NCBI RefSeq assembly: GCF_032444005.1
Contig: NC_091291.1
Location: forward strand, 14,384,001-14,448,000
Length of the DNA stretch: 64,000 nt
Reading direction: 5' to 3'
Source of the DNA: Ranitomeya imitator
Taxonomy: Eukaryota
The first letter of the stretch is position 1; every line of letters begins with the position of its first letter. The position numbers were made by a program, and so were the translations under genes. The notes below the pieces were generated by a model, which saw only the letters and a program-made list of their open reading frames with translations, had not been told where the DNA came from and searched no databases. This document shows, one piece after another, positions 35,001 through 46,195 of this stretch.

Positions 35001-36211
35001 TCGTGGACCATTATTCACGCTTCTTGGTAGTAGTACCCGTAAAAGATCTGACAGCAAAAACAGCAGCCAAAGCGTTCCAAACGTACTTTTGTAGACCCCA
35101 TGGATATCCGGAACAGGTTCTCACCGACCAAGGTACAGCCTTTGAATCAGAGATCTTCAGAGAATTCTGTAATATGTATGGTTGCAAAAAGATCCGGACG
35201 ACGGCCTATCATCCACAAACAAACGGCTTATGCGAGAAGATGAACCATATTGTAATAGAACTACTAAAGACTTTACCTGAGGCAGAAAGGAATCAATGGC
35301 CAGAGAAATTGCCTGACTTGGTGGATCTGTATAATCATGTCCCGGTGAGTTCCACCAATTGCACCCCAGCTTACCTTATGCGTGCAAGACCCGGCCAATT
35401 ACCAATCGATCTAGAAATGGGAATTCTGAAACCAGACGCAGAAGTTCAAGACTCCAATTGGGATATCATACGGCAAAAGCAGTATCGCCAAGTGCAAGAG
35501 AGTGTGGAAAGAAGCCTTCAGCAAACTAGAGAAAGACAAGAGCGAACTTTCAACCAGAATGCTCTAGCGACCCCATTAAGACCGGGTGACCAAGTGCTCA
35601 AGAGAAATCGTCGAACCAATAAACTGGACAATCAGTGGGAAGCCGTACCCTACACAGTTTTACCAACAAGAGTGGATAATCCTAAAATGTGTCTCATTAG
35701 CAAAAACGGAGGCTTAACATCTGTACTAGTGTCAAGAGACAATCTTAAATTATGTCCGGAAGCATTGAAAGAGCCAGACGTTGTCCAGCCAGAACCAGAA
35801 GTTATTCAACCCATACAGGTTCAACCAGTAAAGGAAAAAGAAGAGGAAGTGTATCACACCTGTATAGGAGACTTTCCCAAAACCCTACTAACATACCATG
35901 GTGCAGTAGTGGTTCCCATGGTGGCCTTTTACCCAACACCGAACCCAATACCAGAAGTCCCAAGACAGGAAGAGGCTGACCCCGTACTACAGGAGGTTCC
36001 AGGCCAGGAAGAACAGATTCCTGGTCAGAGTAATCCCATTCACGGTGGACTTGCCAACTCCATAGTCGTGGAATTATCTTTAGCAGAGCGGGCAGATACT
36101 ACATCCGCAGTAGACAGTAGTACACCACATGAAGAGACACCGCTATTACGTAGATCACAGCGTAGTACCCAGGGTCAATTACCGGCCAGGTATGCAGATT
36201 ACCAACTATAA
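32075..36211 (+). CDS. pol: Pol, copy 2 (protease catalytic Asp mutated to Gly)
   Basis: 1378 aa open; LLGTGS in place of LLDTGS; RT/RH/IN motifs intact. Confidence 0.95.
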   Translation: MNFQGPTPWHNRYIGGRPIIPIVLDGIPLNALLGTGSQISSIPYILYKRYWADADIDKGPSDVELDIWASNGKLVPKLGFREMTIKIGKVELKKQGIIVVDVDRRNCEPTVLIGMNVLENCFSEVISVLQQIAETAQSCQQRVLRREIKVLMLRQQVEVAGGEIGSVRVSDPTSIVIPPKTEMLVWCRAAIGTKGRDYQALIEPVYTDSRPTILTARGIVEVHRGRVPVRLLNCGEEEVTLPRYATMAKLYTVDNNAITTIEPLEPTCQVEGNGSDGEMEDWCQQLHVGINSTPTHQKQGVYRLVTEYEQVFSKHPLDFGRIEGVEHTIPTGDHPPIKERYRPIPPAHYQCAKDMLREMKQAGVIRDSCSPWAAPLVIVKKKDGTMRMCVDYRKINNITHKDAYPLPRIEESLTALKSANYFSTLDLTSGYWQVPVAERDKEKTAFTTPMGLCEFNRMPFGLCNASGTFQRLMECCLGHKNFETVLLYLDDVIVYSKTYEQHLVDLAEVFEALSRYGMKVKPSKCHLLKPKVQYLGHIVSSEGVAPDPEKISAIRDWPRPTSAKEVRQFLGLVGYYRRFIKGFTKLAAPLQDTLVGQTKKPSNRNPPFQWNDEREDSFEQLKKALTGQEVLAYPDYHKPFILYTDASNVGLGAVLSQKQEGREKVIAFASRKLRPTERNSENYSSFKLELLAVVWAVTERFKHYLAAAEFIVYTDNNPLTHLDTAKLGALEQRWIARLSNYNFIIKYRAGRKNGNADALSRMPHLRDVEEEMGELEEIELPAFHHPKAKHHQSSTYQKQQEVNLNPLAHHRWADTQDSNPAVKLVKELLTEQSAYPDEDAPEETHQLWKERGKMFLYQGKLCRRYTNPKTHELVWQIIVPKQDVKMVLEAYHNGAGHFGWKKLEVLLRERFYWVGMRKSIEQWCRNCGPCNLRRNDQKNQRAPLQPIITKQPLELVAMDHVKLTPSRSGYVYALTIVDHYSRFLVVVPVKDLTAKTAAKAFQTYFCRPHGYPEQVLTDQGTAFESEIFREFCNMYGCKKIRTTAYHPQTNGLCEKMNHIVIELLKTLPEAERNQWPEKLPDLVDLYNHVPVSSTNCTPAYLMRARPGQLPIDLEMGILKPDAEVQDSNWDIIRQKQYRQVQESVERSLQQTRERQERTFNQNALATPLRPGDQVLKRNRRTNKLDNQWEAVPYTVLPTRVDNPKMCLISKNGGLTSVLVSRDNLKLCPEALKEPDVVQPEPEVIQPIQVQPVKEKEEEVYHTCIGDFPKTLLTYHGAVVVPMVAFYPTPNPIPEVPRQEEADPVLQEVPGQEEQIPGQSNPIHGGLANSIVVELSLAERADTTSAVDSSTPHEETPLLRRSQRSTQGQLPARYADYQL

Positions 36212-37749
36212 AGCTCATAATGTGAATTGTATATATGTTATGCCGTATATAGTTAAACAGAAAATGTAGTATAGTCATTGTTATCAGTCTGCAACGTTTA
36301 AGCCCAGTGCCTACAGAGACTTGTCTGTATGAACTTATTGCATATTCTTGAACTTTTTATCAGCCCGGAGGCACTAAATCAAAGCTCCGGAAAGACTGCT
36401 TTTTGAACTTTGCTCCTCGCTCTTTTTGAACTTTCTTTAGACTTTATATTGATAACTCCGTTGGAAAAATGGAACTAAATTACTGGACACTAAGTACAGT
36501 GCCTTTCCTAATACCTTCAAGGATAGAACTGTATTAATGGATGCTATTTGAAGTGACTTTTTACAGAACTCTATTTTTGTTTCCTTGAGTGGTTTTTGTA
36601 ACTTTTCATTTTTAAGACTCTGTACATATTAATTGTTATTTCAAAATGTTATTGTCCCACAGTCCCGGAGTACTGTTCTTAACTAAGGGGGAATGTGGCA
36701 CCCCTAGGGGTATTTGCCACAAAAATAGTTACTGACAGTAAGTACAAATACTAAAATAGCAAGACTGCACTACCACCTCCGGCCAGAAGGGGGAGCTCCA
36801 GAGACTCCCCTTGATCCATTCTGGTCTGAGAGAAGAAATGGCAGTTGGGCCAAGGAGCTGAAAGTGAGAGGTCATACAGTTGAATCTCTAACAGCCCTGT
36901 GACTGTTACCAGGCCTAAATCACCGGCCTGAGGAGAAGAGGGATAGAGAAAAAGGACATTGTGAGAACCGGGTAGCATTAATCACTACCCAGAACAGGCG
37001 CAAAGACGGATACCGGATCCGTGGCTGTATTCATTATATATAATACAGCAACCGGAAAAACGTGAGGTGATATCAGCTTCACTAGGGCCGGACGCAGCAA
37101 CAGACACAGAGTTCAGCGGTACTCCCAGAGGGGGTAAACCGATAAAAGGACTCGGGTTGCCCGTCGAACCAGGACCCGGAGGGGACAGATTGGGCCGGCA
37201 GCCAGTTCACATACAGCAGCAGGGCCACACAGATATTGCGTACAATAAGAGGCGAAGACCCCGGCAGGGTCAAAGTAACTCAGAGTTCCCATACAGACTC
37301 CGGTGACAGGACTGGTTGTAAATCCTTTTATGTTAAAGTAAACTGGTTAAACGTTTCAGTGCCTCAGTCTTTCATTTGGACAATAGCCATCTATCCAGGA
37401 TCGAGATCGTCACCGCTGGGAGAACCTGCTGCTGATCAAGTAAGTGCCTGTCCCCTCATGATACCCCTTACACTGTGCATTGCCTGAGGCCACAGCACCG
37501 GGTCAAGCCACCCGTGACATCCCCCTCAAGAGACAGACTCCATTGGTCCGGTGCTGGGTATCCCGGTCTCCTGGGCGTCACATTATGTAGGAAAGATTGG
37601 TGGATAAAGGTGCTGGGCCCTGGAGGAGGTCACAACCCCTACCCCATATGTCTTACACAAAAAAAACTATAGTATTAAATTATTGTACAGGTGCACAAAT
37701 ATGCTATCTGGCCAATATACAGACGTATGCAATTCATCAGCGCACTGTA

Positions 37750-37945
37750 AATGTTAAAAGCATAAAGGTAATGAGTTAGCATTTTTTTTTATCAAAGAGA
37801 GCAAAAGCCATCAGACCACATTAAGGTGTAATGTCTTACCTCTCTTGGAGCCAAACTAGCCCCGTATACACCTTGATGTGGTTGGATGGCTTTTGCACTC
37901 TTTGATAAAAAAAAAGGTAACTCATTACCTTTACGATTTTAATCT
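37750..37945. repeat. Degenerate hairpin repeat; related copies at about 29380-29620 (inverted) and 38330-38610
   Basis: taaaggtaatgagtta..tatcaaagag..aaagccatc..ccacat.aaggtgta pairs with tacaccttgatgtgg..gatggcttt..ctctttgata..taactcattaccttta. Confidence 0.55.
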
Positions 37946-38050
37946 TTGCAACAATATTGGAGTTCATGTATTTATTAGTCGCAATGTGCGGATGCATCAT
38001 GTATGTATATCTGAGGACATATCACAGTGTAGAGGGATCATCATTATTCT

Positions 38051-38318
38051 CATTTGCACATGGAAACACGAGAAGCAATGGAAGGAAACTGAAAGGGAGA
38101 AGATACAGATTAGATATTAGAAAAAACTTTGTGACAGTGAGGGTGATCAATGAGTGGAACAGGCGGCCACGAGAGGTGGGGAGTTCTCCTTCAATGGAAG
38201 TCTACAAACAGAGGCTGGACAGATATCTGTCTGAGATGGTTCAGTGACTCCTACATTGAGCCGGGGGTTGGACACGATGACCCTAGAGTTCCCTTTCAAC
38301 TCTAACATTCTAGGATTC
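38051..38318 (+). mobile_element. CR1 LINE 3' fragment
   Basis: RYRLDIRKNF.TVRVINEWN..P.EV..S.S.E..K.RLD and a CR1-type 3' UTR ending (attct) repeats. Confidence 0.8.
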
Positions 38319-39148
38319 CATGTATGGCTGGTTTAGCACATGAAGAAGGAAGTCATTTTGTGTTAGGGACTATCCATAATTAGCTAAACCTTGGTGTGGA
38401 TGCATGGCGATCAAAAAACTAGCTAAATATCTTTAAGTTTTTTTTAGATCATCCTTGGTTAGCTACACCTTGCCATGGATGGATGGCTTTTACGCTCTTT
38501 GATCAAAAAAATTAGTGAAGTATCTTTATGTTTTTAATGTTCACAGCTCTATTGGAGTTCACATATCCAGTAGTCATAGAACGCTGACACATCGTGTATG
38601 TATATGATCATATATTGGCCACATAGCGTATTCGTGCACCTGAGCATTAATTTAATACTAAAGGTTTGTGGGCTCTATTTTTTATCTGTTGTGCTGTATG
38701 TAAATCTAGTCTTATCACCAAAGGGGGCATAGCCCTCAAGAAGTCTCCCATAGATAAGTGTTGAGGAACAACCCACTTGGCTAACAAGACTAGACTTTTA
38801 TACAAGAAAAAGGATGCCATATCTCAGAAATGGAGAGGAGTAAGAACCAAATAAAAACATTGCTGTATTCAAGAGAATAGAGGCAATGTGAAAGCGACAG
38901 GTCCTTTTTAATGGGGCAAAGGACGGCAAATATATTCTACACTGGCATAGAGACATAACTGACTGACCTCCATTGTTGATACTTCCATACAATACTTGTG
39001 CTTTAGTTTTACCGATTGCTCCACTTCTCAGATCTGCCTCCACCTGCACCCCAGCTTATTACAGCCTCCTCTGTGACCGTCCAGTGTAATTATGGGAATT
39101 AAAATTTACATTACAAAATGAACCAGTATATTTTTTGCTCTTTTTCAG

Positions 39149-39424
39149 GTGCCCTCAGTGCTCCTGTTCTCCGCTCCATTACCAGTACTCCTCTTATTAA
39201 TGGCACCAATGTGACCCTCCAGTGTGATGCCGGGAGCCAAAATGTGACATCTTACACTTTCTACCGAAATGGTCAGAAGATTATCTGCTCTGGACGTGTG
39301 ATCTGCAGAGGATCATTCCTGGACTTCGCCCCGATATTTGAGAGTGACGGCGGATCCTACACCTGCACCATTGAAAACCCTGTCAGCTCCCACACCAGCA
39401 ACTCCCTGAGTCTGACTGTGTACG
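39149..39424 (+). CDS. Gene A IgC exon 1
   Basis: ttgctctttttcag acceptor, gtaaga donor, 276 bp phase 1/1; VTLQC...DGGSYTC. Confidence 0.9.
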
Positions 39425-40560
39425 GTAAGAATATAGAGAATGGGAAATAAATTAAAACTTGTAACCATTTAATCCATTTTTACTCCAAATGCCCTCAGTA
39501 GTGGCGGTGCTCACCTCTAAATAGATTTGCTTGTTGGCATGACTTGAAGCTCATGGGCCCCAGTTCTAAAGCTCCAACATGACATCCAACTTGAAGTTCA
39601 TGGTCCCCAGGGCAAAAACTCCAATTATTGCAAGCCTTTCATACTAATGGTCTTTTGATATAGGCTAAAGGGACCTTTAGGACTCCCTAGGCTCCAGGGA
39701 AGGGGTGCAATTGCAACCCCTGCACCTATTATAGTTACGCCCCTTCTTTGGATGGTTCGTGCAGCAAAAAAATACATCTTTCCAGATGTGGGTTGAAGGA
39801 GATTGCAGCTACAATTCTGACCAGTTTTTTGGGAGTACTTTATGTTAAATTTTTTTTAGGCAGATGTTGGCGAAAGCAAAAAGTTGCAAAATTGCTGTGA
39901 AAAACAGCTATCAACAATTTTTTTCGCAACAGTTAGGCACAGAAGGAACAATGAATTCCCCCCATAGTTATCAACAAGTATAAATATTAATAATAATGAA
40001 TAGTTCAATAATGTCAAAAACTTCTTGATCGTCAGGATCTCACTATTTAACGACCTAATACATTCACTACGCAGTCTTTATCTTCACTAATCCAATTAGG
40101 ACCTGACATATAGGCCACCTTTGTCATTATCCTGCTAAATGATGATCCATGTAAGGGTCTGTACTCAGTCATAAATATATTGCCTTTACGGATAGACACA
40201 GATACCAACATACAGCCATATAAACTTTACTACGTGTGGGAGCAGCACAACACGCACGGGACGTTTTAAAAAATTTGCTCATCTTCTAACCATGCCCACA
40301 TTATGCTGTCGCCTTTTTTCTGGCCTGAAATGTTCATCTTCGCATCTCCTAAATCTGCTTATTAGAAGCCAAAGAAGACGAAGCATTTTAGCAATGTTGC
40401 TTGTTGGTCATAGTTTGGCAGATATGGACATGAGGGGGAATCCAATGACCCGTAGCCAGAATACCAAATTCTGAGAATGTATGTATTCGGTATATTATAT
40501 TGTGATCATTCTAAGCTTTTACAATCCAACCTTCATGTTTCTTTGTGTTTTGTATCTCAG

Positions 40561-40842
40561 TCCAGGTCTCTAATGTCGCGGTGACAAGTAATGTATCGGG
40601 ACTTGTGTGGCCCGGATTAGATTCAGTGTCTCTACGATGTTCGGCTGATGGAACAAATGTCAGCTACTCGTGGAGCCTACAAGGGGCAGCGATATCCGGA
40701 GGAGGCCGATATCTCCTCACCGATAATAACGCCACGCTCACTATCAGCCCTGTCTCCACTGATGACAGCGGATCCTTCATATGTACGGCTACAAACATAA
40801 TAAACAGCCTGAACAGCAGGAACGTGACGTTCAACCTGGCCT
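40561..40842 (+). CDS. Gene A IgC exon 2
   Basis: tgttttgtatctcag acceptor, gtaagt donor, 282 bp phase 1/1. Confidence 0.9.
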
Positions 40843-41463
40843 GTAAGTAGCACATCATGTCTGTCATTATAGTCTGTAATTTACGTAGGAAGGAATACAA
40901 GAGCACAGAAAGCAGCTCAACAACAGGTTTTTTTTTCACAAAATGGCAATGTGCTTGCTGGTGTCCACTGTATTTAAAGATATAACAGTTTGAGCTAAAC
41001 AGAGGTAGTTGATTGTTTCATGAGCTGATACTTTTTCCTTTTTGCTGGCAGTCTCAACCACATCCTCCGCATTACCTACATACAGATTTGCACTCACCTC
41101 TTTCATAGAAACCCAACGTGTTAGTTAGACACGACTTATTCGTCATGAATCCGTATTCCAATGCCGTAGTCCAATGGATCCTCCATAATCCACATTGATG
41201 TCCCACGATGAACCCCATCTAAATGCTAGCATATGAGCCCCATTCAGAGCATGGGGCTGTCACACCAGCACACACTGCCAGATCGTGCAGTGCAATGTCT
41301 GCGACCAGCGGTGACGTTAGTAAGGTTACCGCCTGCCACAGTCAGTGCTGCAGGGCAATTGAACACTTGTTGCTAAACTCCCCACAGATTACAGCTGATG
41401 TGGTAGGATAACGATTGATTTTTCAGGGTATTTACTCATATTCATCTTTGGTTTTGTTCACAG

Positions 41464-41757
41464 CTCCGGTCTCGGCAGTGACGTTGACCAGTAACACATC
41501 GGCGGTGCTCTGGGCAGGAGAGGACTCGGCGTCTTTCCATTGCTCAGCTCAGGGTTCAGCCATCACCTTCTCCTGGAGACTGAATGGAACCCAAGTGTTA
41601 TCAAAGCCTCCATATTCCATAACTCAGAGTGATTCTCCTCCCAACTCTAATCTCACCATCAGGCCCGTCTCCAAGAACGACACTGGACCATTCACCTGTA
41701 CGGCATCCAACAGAGCTAATAGTATAACTAGTGGAGCAGCCAACCTCAATATCAACT
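41464..41757 (+). CDS. Gene A IgC exon 3
   Basis: tttttgttcacag acceptor, gtgagt donor, 294 bp phase 1/1; SFHC..FSW..DTGPFTC. Confidence 0.9.
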
Positions 41758-42250
41758 GTGAGTAAAACATGTAATTCTGTCACTCTAATATATATATTTG
41801 TTATATCTAATCTATTTATCAAATTAGTCTATCATACAAGAGTAACACACTGCACTTAATGGTTGCAATTCCCATTGAGCGGCACTATACGCTTGATGGT
41901 TGCAGTCACATGTTCTGTACAAGACACTTGAAAGTTTCAATACTTAATTTTTAAGTTCACATTTTATAGTCCATCTATCAGGCCAATGGGACCTTGTTAC
42001 AATATTATACTCCACTATACTGAGAATCAGGTTGATGAGGAAATGATTGTTACTTTTTCCTCATTCTACATGGCTTCTGTGAGTTTCTGGATTCTATCCG
42101 TTGCCACAGCCCGTCCTTTCTTTTTGGAGGGTTTGTACTTCATTGGTGAATCCTTGTGACAATCTGACATGTCGGATAGGGAATATATAAGTGGATATAT
42201 AGATATTGGTAATATGTGTTTATTGCATCTATCGCTTTCCTACATCCCAG

Positions 42251-42487
42251 GGTCTCCCGATGGAAACATTAGCTGTACTGGCCAACCCATAGGACAGATC
42301 GTACAGCTCGGCTGCTCCTGGCCCGGAGGAAAACCTGCAGCCGATGTCACCATGATATTTGATGATGTGCGAAATACAAGCACTAATGAAGTGTACAGAA
42401 ATGTGAGTTCTATCAGTAATATCCACGGGAGCAATCTCACCTGTAATGGTAACCAGAGGAGAACCTCAAGCTGCCTGGTTACATTTG
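42251..42487 (+). CDS. Gene A IgC exon 4 (short 4-Cys domain, WSPDG..C..QLGCSWPGGKP.., VSIG10L-like)
   Basis: tacatcccag acceptor, gtaaga donor, 237 bp phase 1/1. Paralog at 62456-62695 is one codon longer. Confidence 0.85.
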
Positions 42488-44477
42488 GTAAGAAGTCCAT
42501 TTTAGCTGTATGTATAATACTGTATTCTACTCTTGAGTAGTGACCAAAATGGAAATATCTATGGCCCCCGCTAACTCCTACTTTCTTCTTTCCTGCTGTT
42601 CTGCAATGTCATAGATTGACAAAACAGCAAAAACTATGGCAATGGAGAAGCCGTCTTGTGATGGACACTATTGGCACTTGCAGACCCATAAAGCTTTATT
42701 GGAGTCTGACCGGATTATGTCCATTTACGAGATAAAATAATAGTATGAATTTTGCAGTACGGGGGTCATCGCAAAAGGGCAAAAAGTTGCAACATTTCTG
42801 CACAAATACCCCTTAGAAAATTATAATTCACCCTCATAGTCGAAGACTGAAGTTAGTAAGATATCAGATTTTATGTTTTAGCTTGATAGTTGCAATATAC
42901 ACTAGGCCACATTCTGCTTATCAGTCGCTATCTAGTCCCGATGATGCAGAATACTCACTCAACTGTTTATTTGCTTCCTTTTCAGATGGGGAGGGCGGAG
43001 GAGGTCTTTGGTATGGGACATCCCTTACTCTGAGACCTCCTCCTGACCGCCACATATTTTCATGCTATTGTATAAAATGGGAAACACTAGCATACCAGTC
43101 TCAGGTCTTTCTCAGATGCATGGTTGATAAGTCCAGTTTTCCTTCTAGTCCTAAATTCATCCAAGCAAATAAACAGAATCCTCAAAATAAAACTTCTGAA
43201 GACTGGATAGGGGATAAAAAATAATAAAAGATTATATTCACCTGTCCTAGGCCCGTCCCTTTCCTATCCCGCTGGTGGGGCTTCCTACCCTGTCTTCTAC
43301 TAGCGAACTCTGGTCTTCAGATCTTCCAGCACTGACTAGGCCACATCTGTAATACAAAAGACATCATTGGCCTCAATGACATGTGTCACACCCCTCGTGA
43401 CCACGGCAGCACCCGGAGATCTGAAGACCAGAAACCTGGTGTCTAAAACCTGTAATATTGTTCTTAAAGTTGGATTTCTGGCCTCATTGCCATTAATTAC
43501 CATCATAGCATCCTCGGACAGAGTATTGCAGTGCATCCTACTCAGGGGCGGACTGGGCCGGGTGGCAGGAAGAGGTCTTTCTACTACCTTGCCTGGCGCC
43601 CTAAACTACACACAATATTTAATATGCGATCTAGTCAATGATTTATAAAGTGGTGAAACTATATATCATCAAGTATATATTTGCCTCCTGCTTTCCTGCA
43701 TTCCACCGTTATCTTAATTGCCTTGGCAGCAGCTGCCTGACATTGGTTGCTACAGATAAAGCTAGGTCACAAGGATGTATTTTCTCTCATCCGAGAGAAT
43801 TGGGTCGATTGTGTAGATCACACTCTGATCAGAGTTTGATCAGAGTGTGATCATAGTGTAATCTGATTCTCCTGGATTAGAAGAAGATGGAGAAAAAAAT
43901 GTCTCCATCTTCTCCATTCTATCAGTCCATGGAAATCAGACTGTTCTCTGATGTAATACGAGTGCAGGTAGACGTTTTCTTCCTACTCATTGACTTGCAT
44001 GGTCGAGTGTGATCTGAATATAGAATCAAACTTGGACATGCTGCGATTTATTTTCTCGGACCGGTTTTTACATCAGTTTACACCAGTTCTGCCAAAATGG
44101 GCAACATTAGGGTAGGATGGGGTCGCGATGGAGGCTTGATGCCACAGCTGTAATTCATGACAAGCTGTGAGTTTCCTCATGTCTGTAATTTTACTCCAGT
44201 GTAGGATTTGTGGCGAGGAACATGGAGGGGCATGTTTCTTAATAAATCAGAGGCTTCTGATTCCAACACGACCCTCATCAAGACCGGCGCGAATGTTTCG
44301 ATGAGTAGGGACCTTTGTGTTTACTACTTTTCACGTTCATCATGGTCATAATCATAAATGATTGTATGAGTGTCACTATTATTGATCATTGAAAGCCTCT
44401 GCTCATTTGTAAGGAGAAGAACATGTCTAGGGAATAACTATTTTGCATTTTCTGGATTTTATTCCCTTTTCCATCAG

Positions 44478-44810
44478 AGCCTCCTGTGTCTACGATCCAT
44501 AAAAATGATACAGTTACTCCAGGTCTAGTCGGAGGTGCAGTCAACCTAACAGTGGATCTACAAGCTGGAGTCCGGTCGCGGGCCACTGCCCTGTCAGCTC
44601 AGGCCCTACCCGCTTCGTTCTCCTGGTACCAAGGCAATAGTGCTACTGCTATTCAGACTGGCGGTAAATTCAGGGTGGACTCCACTCTCTATGCATCCAC
44701 TCTCAACATTGATAAGTTGACCGAGGTCGAATCGGGAGATTATAAATGTGTAGCCGAAAACTTTATTGGAAAAACAACCTTCCTTTTCAATGTTATAGTG
44801 TCCCAAAGCG
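44478..44810 (+). CDS. Gene A membrane-proximal Ig exon
   Basis: cccttttccatcag acceptor, gtaagt donor, 333 bp phase 1/1; FSWY..STLNI..ESGDYKC. Confidence 0.85.
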
Positions 44811-45004
44811 GTAAGTCACGTCTGATGAATATATCATTTTCAATCTGACTACCATGAATAAGCTAATATGGGCGGGTATCCAACTGTGATCCATACTCTA
44901 TCATGACCCCCTGATGATAAGAAGATCACAGCAATTAGTTGTTATTTGTGGGAGATATCAGCATCAGCTGCTCAATTTCCCTACAGTGACTACACAGGGG
45001 ATAT

Positions 45005-45912
45005 GAAAACAGAAACACATGGGCTACTTGCACAGTGAACAAGTCTGTAGGAACCTGTTCACACACCACCAAGAAACCTGAAGACACAAAAGAGCACAGT
45101 AAGACCAAAAACACTCTGTTGTAAAAACAAAATCACAGTAATAAGAAAGTGCTAGTAAAAAGATGGAAAAAACAGGGTATTTAGTTGATACATTTTTTGC
45201 AAAAAATGTGTACTAAGCTGCTCCACCAAACGTCAAGGTATACCCAGATAGAGCAGTCCTAACTGATGTATATAATCCCTATCTGATGTATTTAAAAACC
45301 TGATCATCTGTATAGTACCTGTATACGCAGGGTTCAGAGAGGGAATGTCCATGTGGACCTGCTAAATGGAACAGCTTTTGTGCAAATGACCCACAAGAAG
45401 TGGTGGATAACTCCCCAGTCTTGTAGACACAAGAGAACAATTATGGAAACAGAAACACATGGGCTACTTGCACAGTGAACAAGTCTGTAGGAACATGTTC
45501 ACACACCACCAAGAAACTTGAAGACAAAAAAGAGCACAGTGAGGTCAAAAATACTCTGTTGTAAAAAAAAAAATCACAGTAATAAGCAAGTGCTAGTAAA
45601 AAGATGGAAAAAAACAGGGTATTTAGTGGATACGTTTTTTGGGGGGGACATTCCCTCTCTGAACCCTGCTTATACAGGTACTATACAGATGATCAGGTTT
45701 TAAATACATCAGAAAGGGATTATATACATTAGATAGGACTGCTCTATATAGGTATACCTTGACGTTTGGTGGAGCAGCTTAGTATACATTTTAAGCAAAA
45801 AACGTATTAACTAAATACCCTGTTTTTTTCCTTCTTTTTACTAGCACTTGCTTATTACTGTGATTTTTTTTTTACAACAGAGTATTTTTGGTCTTACTGT
45901 GCTCTTTTGTGT
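45005..45912. repeat. Compound direct plus inverted repeat (X-Y...X-Y'-X')
   Basis: About 45005-45200 repeats at 45446-45640; about 45080-45350 is repeated in inverted form at about 45648-45912. Confidence 0.8.
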
Positions 45913-46195
45913 CTACAGGGGATATGAAGTATTACATAGGCTCTATTGCATTTATTGTTTATTTATTTTACACAATTGTGTAGCACTATTAATTCCACAG
46001 AAATTTACAGACATCATCGCTATTGGGTTAATAGTGTCATGTACAGATCTGCCAGCTTTACAGACAGAGGTTCTCTTTAGAGCCTCTCTACATATGGGTT
46101 ATTAAACATAGATCTTGAATTGGATCCCCTTGCACCACCTCTGTTAGCTAAGAATTTAATAATTGGGTGTTTAAAATGCAAATTTAATATTTAAT

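Larger units (their letters stand above)
29679..37582 (+). mobile_element. Full-length Ty3/gypsy LTR retrotransposon, copy 2 (intron 2 of gene A, sense orientation)
   Basis: LTRs 29679-30567 and 36694-37582 (889 bp each), PBS 30570-30587, perfect TSD TTAT (29675-29678 / 37583-37586). Confidence 0.97.

Noticed and set aside
10165-37582. The two gypsy elements as one segmental duplication or assembly artefact
   Set aside because: Flanks and TSDs differ, and each element's LTR pair shares private variants.
45205-45245. ccaaacgtcaagg as a hammerhead 3' half in the compound repeat
   Set aside because: No GAAA and no CUGAnGA or stem I partner upstream.
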